64,000 nucleotides of DNA from Candidatus Poribacteria bacterium (GTDB taxonomy: Bacteria > Poribacteria > WGA-4E > WGA-3G): assembly GCA_965197475.1 (NCBI GenBank), contig CBDANF010000003.1:768001-832000 (forward strand), written 5' to 3'. A program made the translations under genes and the position numbers. Below are positions 59,213-64,000 of the stretch, piece after piece. The number at the start of each line of letters is the position of its first letter. The stretch's first letter is position 1. Below the pieces are notes generated by a model, which ran no database searches, had not been told where the DNA came from, and worked only from the letters and a program-made list of their open reading frames with translations.

Positions 59213-62200
59213 ATGTCTGGACGTAAAAAATACGTAATTGCCTTATGTGTGTTAATTCTTATGATTTCCACTTTATCTCTTTCTACAATTATTTTTGCAC
59301 AAGATGAAACAGATGATGCTAAAATAATTGAACGTTACAAATTGATGCTGAGTCGTAAGCCGAGAGAGGGTAGTACTTTCGATCGACTGTATCAGTTTTA
59401 TCTTGAGGGAAACGGCTTAGAGGCGATGGTTACCGATTATCAGGCGGAAGCACAAGCCAAACCGAATGACCCAAACATTCAACTTATTTTGGGACATATC
59501 TATAAAAGACTTGGGAAGGACAAGGAAGCTCTCACTGCATATCAACGCGCAGTCACACTAACACCAAACGATTACTACGGCTATTTTGCATTGGGGCAGT
59601 TATATGTGACACTCCATCAACATGAAGACGCAATTCGAGAGCTAAGCAAAGCTGCAACCTTATCCGAGCAGGCACAATCAGTGTCTCCTGAGGAGTTGAC
59701 CACGATTTTCAAAACTCTCGGAAATGCTTATTTCAGTCGTGACAAGTTGGATGATGCGATTCAGGCATGGGAAAAAATCTCTGAACTTGATCCACAGAAC
59801 ATATTTGCACGCATTGAACTTGCTGACCTTTTTCGTGAGAAGGAACTCTATTCTCAAGCAATTGCACAACACCAAGCAATCATTGATATTAAAAAAGACG
59901 ACTCGTATCGTATGTGTCTTAGTCTGCGAGAAATTGGTAAAATTCATGAGGATAAAGGTGCGTATCAAGAGGCACGGAAACATTACGACAAGGCGTTAGA
60001 CTTGACTGCCCCCGGCAATTGGCTCAGGAAAGACCTGCAACATCGAATTATTGCGATTTATTCGGCGGATGCAAATTGGAAAGACCTAATTACTTATTAC
60101 CAAGGAAAACTTGAAACGACCCCAAATGACACAGAATTACTCGGTTTACTTGCTGCAGCGTATATTGAAAATCAGCAGCTTGAAGAAGGGATCGACACAT
60201 ATAAGAATGGATTAAAACTTGCCCCAACAGATACCGGTCTTCGTCTGAACCTTATCGCTGCGCTTCGCAATGCTGAAAAGTTTGAGGATGCAGCAACCGA
60301 GTACGAGTCTCTCAGTGAACAACAACCCGACAACTTCGGTATCTATCGTGAACTTGGCAAATTGTATCTGCAGCTTGAAAACGAAGACAAGGCAAGAGCA
60401 GTATATCAACGAATGATTGATCGCGACTCGGAAAATGCTAGCACGTATCTGACGCTTGCTGAGATTTACATTGGACACGAATGGGTAGAAGATGCTGTTG
60501 CTGCATATCAAAAGGCGATCTCGCTTGCTCCTGAAAATCTTGATTACATTGAATATTTCGGTGAGTTCTATTTCCGTCAAGGCAATCGTGACAAGGCAGT
60601 AGAGACATGGAAAAGGATAGTTGCCGATGACAATAGCACTGCTGAGAATTATGACCGTTTGGCGCGGTTGTTGGAAACCAAAAAGTTCCCCGCCGAAGCA
60701 ATTGAAGCGAGTAGAAAAGCAGTAGAATTGATGCCTGACGCGTATCGTTTTCGGGAAGCTTTAGCAAAACGACTTATGAACCATAAGCAGTACGATGATG
60801 CACTGGTAGAATATACTGAAGCATTGAAACTTGCTCCGAATGCGTTTTTTGCGGAACAGATGGATGATCAGCGAATAGAACTTTATCGGCAGCAAGGAAC
60901 ACTTGTTGTGAAAATAGAAGATTTAGAAACCCAACTTGACAAAACAGGGCTGGCTGAAACCGATAGATTTACGCATCTGAAGCGACTCGCCAAAATGTAT
61001 ATCAAGTTGGGAAACGCCACTTATGCACTTGAAATTCTTTTGAAGGCAAAAGAACTTCAACCGAATGATGTGAATGTTAATCGTTGGACAGCAAATGTTT
61101 ATGTCAAGCAAGGCATTCGTGACGAAGCGGTTGCAATTTTCAAGCACTTAACTGAAATTGACAACGCGAATGCGCGTGAATACTATGCGAATATTGCGAA
61201 CGCATATCTGAAAGGTATGGATTTTGAGGCTGCCACAGATGCCGCGAAACAGGTTATTGCACACAGCCCACGTAATCCTGAGGGACATCAGCTACTGGCT
61301 AATATCGCCAAACAGTCAACGAATTACGAAGCTGCAATTGACAGTTATAAGCAGGCAATTCGATTAAGACCTGAAGCAATTGACATTCGGATGGAGCTTG
61401 CTGCCATTTACAATCTTTCAGGTAACTTTCGAGAAGCAATTGCACAGTACTGGAGATGTTGGGAGTTAAGCAATAATGTAAACGACAAGCTCAGTTTCAT
61501 CAAGCCTCTCACGGAAGCATATTACGACTTAGGTAGGCGAACGGAACTTGAAGAAAAACTGAAGCAGATGGCAAAATCCAGTACATCTGGTGTCGGACCG
61601 GTTTTAGCACTTGCACAGGTCTATCGGGCTGAAGGCGATCTTTCAAGTGCACGTTTCCAACTCGCGCGCGTATTAGACCGGCAACGCGAAAATGCAGCAC
61701 TTTTATCCCAACTTGTTGAAATAAGTATGGACCTGGGCGATATGCAGGAAGCACTTACTTACCAAGAGCAGCTTGTCAAGGCAAATCCTGATCCTATACA
61801 TCAGCAAAAACTTGGCGAACTGTTGTTTGATGTCGGGCGTGAGCAGGAAGCTGTCCAGGCATGGTCTAAAGTCCTGCATGCCAAAAATAAGACGTTTGAA
61901 GCTGATGTGAAACTCGCAAAATTGTTGATTCGACAAGGTTTATTAGAAGAAGCACTTTTTGCCTTGGACAGTGCAGCTGAAAAGATTTCCGGCAAAGATG
62001 CACATCTTGCCCTATACCAAATCGGCGTTACATTAATCGAAATGAACGAATCGGATAGCGCAATTCCTCACTTTCAGCGAATTATTGCGATGTCCAAACC
62101 TACTTCTGATTCTACTTCAGTAGCTACGTCCAATCAGACTACAACAAGTGTTTCAACTGCCAACTACGCTCCCCCAGGAATCAGCGGAAATAAACTTAAT

Positions 62201-64000
62201 CTTGCACATAGTCTTCTTAATCGTATCCAAAGGCAACCATACGGATATGCCCGCAGACAACAGTGGAGTCCGAGTAGTTTTGAAGAAGCGCAGGCAGGTG
62301 CGCTTGTGCAGTTGAAAATTATTATGGAAGCAGATGGAAAACTAAATGAACTTGTTGCGCAATTTGAGGAAAATGCAACAGAGAATCCGAAAGATATCCA
62401 GACGCTTGAACTTTTAGCCCAGGTTTACGTCTTGACTGGCAACCGTCAGAAATCTGAACAAATTACTGAAAGGTTGATTGCGGTTTCACCTAATAATCCA
62501 GAATATCAAGGGATGCGGTTAAATCTATTCGAAATGCAGCGAGAACTTAACTATGAAAAGTTAATGAAACTCCTTGAAAAAATGACGTGGCTGACACCAG
62601 AAGCACGGCAATCGTATCTTGTGAATTTCGCCAGAAGGTTTTATTATCAGGGACAGAAAGAAGATACGGGAAAACTATTGGATGACCTTGAAAAAGCAAA
62701 AGTGATATATCCCAATAATCTTCCGATGTTAGCTGAAACTCTTGGACTGATGGAAAGGACTGACGCAGCTGGGAAAGTTCTTGCCCAATTTTTACCTACA
62801 GCAACACCACAATTATCCCAACAATATTCCCGCGTCTTTCGAACACTCGCTGCCAAATATCTCCGTGATGGAAAAACTGACAAAGCGGTTGCACTCTATT
62901 GGCAATATTTTGAGCGTACAAAACCGAAGGTTGTTAATCCGCGCCGGACTATGCCGCTCGGAACAGCCTCTTACTCCTATGCGGGATACTCCCCTATTCA
63001 ATCAAGTTTTCCAGTGCCCACAACCTACTACAGCCAGGATCGGTTGCAATATCTGCAGCAAATTTTCAATCAGTTGTGGATAAATGATCAACAGCAAGCA
63101 CTATATACTGTTTTACAAGCGAAGTTAGATGCTGCTGAAGGTAGAGATCGTATCTATCCAGCGTTAGCGATGTGCTACTGCTATTGGTGGGAAAATAAAC
63201 GCGAAACAGCATTGGAAATACTAACCGGTTTACAGAAGGAATTTTCCGATGATCTTACGCTAAAATTAAATACTGTTTTGGTTTCAATTCAGACAGGTGA
63301 ACATAAGGCAGCGTTAGCACTCCTTGACAATCTTGCTCATGTGGATCCGAGAAACCGTCGTCAATATTACGACCTAACGTTACAGATAGCTGTCCATATA
63401 GGTGATGTTGCCGCAGTACGCGAGTTAATGACAAAGGTTCTGAATTCACCAAGCAGTGTGCGAGAACTATACCAGTTTTCGCAAAAACTTCAACAGACAG
63501 GGCTCACGCAGTATGCTATTGCTGTGGCAAAGAAAACAATGACCTTAGCCATGCGGGAACGTGACCCGAACTTCTTGGCGCAATTAAGCGAACATTTGGA
63601 TCAACTTGGTCGTGGACAAGATGCTGCGCGTATAGCAGCGCGAGCGATTCAATTTGCGAACCAACAAGACCGACACGGACAGATGTTGTACTCAGGGAAT
63701 TTTCAACGGGCAGCCCGTTTAGCCAGTCGTTCACAACCTGCCACAAACCGGGCAGCCAAGTTAATTGAAGCTGCCAAAAAAAATCCAAATTCGTTCCAAT
63801 CTCAACTAAAGTTGGCATCATACTACGAAAGTAGAAATCAGATTAATCAGGCTTCGGATGCGTATGAGGCAGCACTTAAATTGCGACCTAAAGACTATAG
63901 TACTCGGATGCGGTACGTGCAAATGCTTCAGCGGAATAGGCTATCAAAAAAGGCTGTAACCCAATATAGCATTCTACTGAAAGAAAACAATTCTAACGCA
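59213..64000 (+). CDS. Very large secreted TPR-repeat protein (partial, about 1596 codons in window)
   Basis: AAGGAGG RBS; MSGRKKYVIALCVLILMISTLSLSTIIFAQD signal peptide; TPR helices throughout. Absent from the ORF track, consistent with no stop before the window end. Confidence 0.88.
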   Translation, partial: MSGRKKYVIALCVLILMISTLSLSTIIFAQDETDDAKIIERYKLMLSRKPREGSTFDRLYQFYLEGNGLEAMVTDYQAEAQAKPNDPNIQLILGHIYKRLGKDKEALTAYQRAVTLTPNDYYGYFALGQLYVTLHQHEDAIRELSKAATLSEQAQSVSPEELTTIFKTLGNAYFSRDKLDDAIQAWEKISELDPQNIFARIELADLFREKELYSQAIAQHQAIIDIKKDDSYRMCLSLREIGKIHEDKGAYQEARKHYDKALDLTAPGNWLRKDLQHRIIAIYSADANWKDLITYYQGKLETTPNDTELLGLLAAAYIENQQLEEGIDTYKNGLKLAPTDTGLRLNLIAALRNAEKFEDAATEYESLSEQQPDNFGIYRELGKLYLQLENEDKARAVYQRMIDRDSENASTYLTLAEIYIGHEWVEDAVAAYQKAISLAPENLDYIEYFGEFYFRQGNRDKAVETWKRIVADDNSTAENYDRLARLLETKKFPAEAIEASRKAVELMPDAYRFREALAKRLMNHKQYDDALVEYTEALKLAPNAFFAEQMDDQRIELYRQQGTLVVKIEDLETQLDKTGLAETDRFTHLKRLAKMYIKLGNATYALEILLKAKELQPNDVNVNRWTANVYVKQGIRDEAVAIFKHLTEIDNANAREYYANIANAYLKGMDFEAATDAAKQVIAHSPRNPEGHQLLANIAKQSTNYEAAIDSYKQAIRLRPEAIDIRMELAAIYNLSGNFREAIAQYWRCWELSNNVNDKLSFIKPLTEAYYDLGRRTELEEKLKQMAKSSTSGVGPVLALAQVYRAEGDLSSARFQLARVLDRQRENAALLSQLVEISMDLGDMQEALTYQEQLVKANPDPIHQQKLGELLFDVGREQEAVQAWSKVLHAKNKTFEADVKLAKLLIRQGLLEEALFALDSAAEKISGKDAHLALYQIGVTLIEMNESDSAIPHFQRIIAMSKPTSDSTSVATSNQTTTSVSTANYAPPGISGNKLNLAHSLLNRIQRQPYGYARRQQWSPSSFEEAQAGALVQLKIIMEADGKLNELVAQFEENATENPKDIQTLELLAQVYVLTGNRQKSEQITERLIAVSPNNPEYQGMRLNLFEMQRELNYEKLMKLLEKMTWLTPEARQSYLVNFARRFYYQGQKEDTGKLLDDLEKAKVIYPNNLPMLAETLGLMERTDAAGKVLAQFLPTATPQLSQQYSRVFRTLAAKYLRDGKTDKAVALYWQYFERTKPKVVNPRRTMPLGTASYSYAGYSPIQSSFPVPTTYYSQDRLQYLQQIFNQLWINDQQQALYTVLQAKLDAAEGRDRIYPALAMCYCYWWENKRETALEILTGLQKEFSDDLTLKLNTVLVSIQTGEHKAALALLDNLAHVDPRNRRQYYDLTLQIAVHIGDVAAVRELMTKVLNSPSSVRELYQFSQKLQQTGLTQYAIAVAKKTMTLAMRERDPNFLAQLSEHLDQLGRGQDAARIAARAIQFANQQDRHGQMLYSGNFQRAARLASRSQPATNRAAKLIEAAKKNPNSFQSQLKLASYYESRNQINQASDAYEAALKLRPKDYSTRMRYVQMLQRNRLSKKAVTQYSILLKENNSNA

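Noticed and set aside
59678-63821. Short ORFs listed in the track for this region
   Set aside because: Antisense or off-frame shadows of the long TPR gene starting at 59213; the same applies to most short ORFs overlapping core genes elsewhere.

Overview
Bacterial chromosomal window of moderate GC. It is most likely Candidatus Poribacteria (inference from the C-terminal 'PVEPxxKLTTTWxxLK' motif, WD40 and LRR-dockerin proteins, and many PhyH and Gfo/Idh/MocA paralogs). The core is a 17-kb co-directional run (7199-24236): moaA, sufC, sufB, sufD, monothiol glutaredoxin, sufS, sufU, Rieske ferredoxin, SufT, DUF971 and rhodanese. It is repeatedly interrupted by accessory genes (WD40-protease, MTase-nuclease, Uma2, MazEF, a REP-flanked ORF). 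Also present: a DUF3179 gene with an in-frame UGA (UPLC motif) and a SECIS-like hairpin, i.e. a probable selenoprotein, carrying a collagen-like insert; a Cys-capped sigma factor / STAS / diheme cytochrome c-LRR-dockerin locus; a CoxMSL-type molybdo-hydroxylase operon with an embedded Zn-ribbon protein; catabolic genes; four IS elements, MITEs and REPs; many frameshifted or nonsense-broken genes; and a giant secreted TPR protein, missed by the ORF track, that runs off the right end. No rRNA, tRNA or CRISPR array was recognised. Family assignments come from motif recognition and recall, not database searches.
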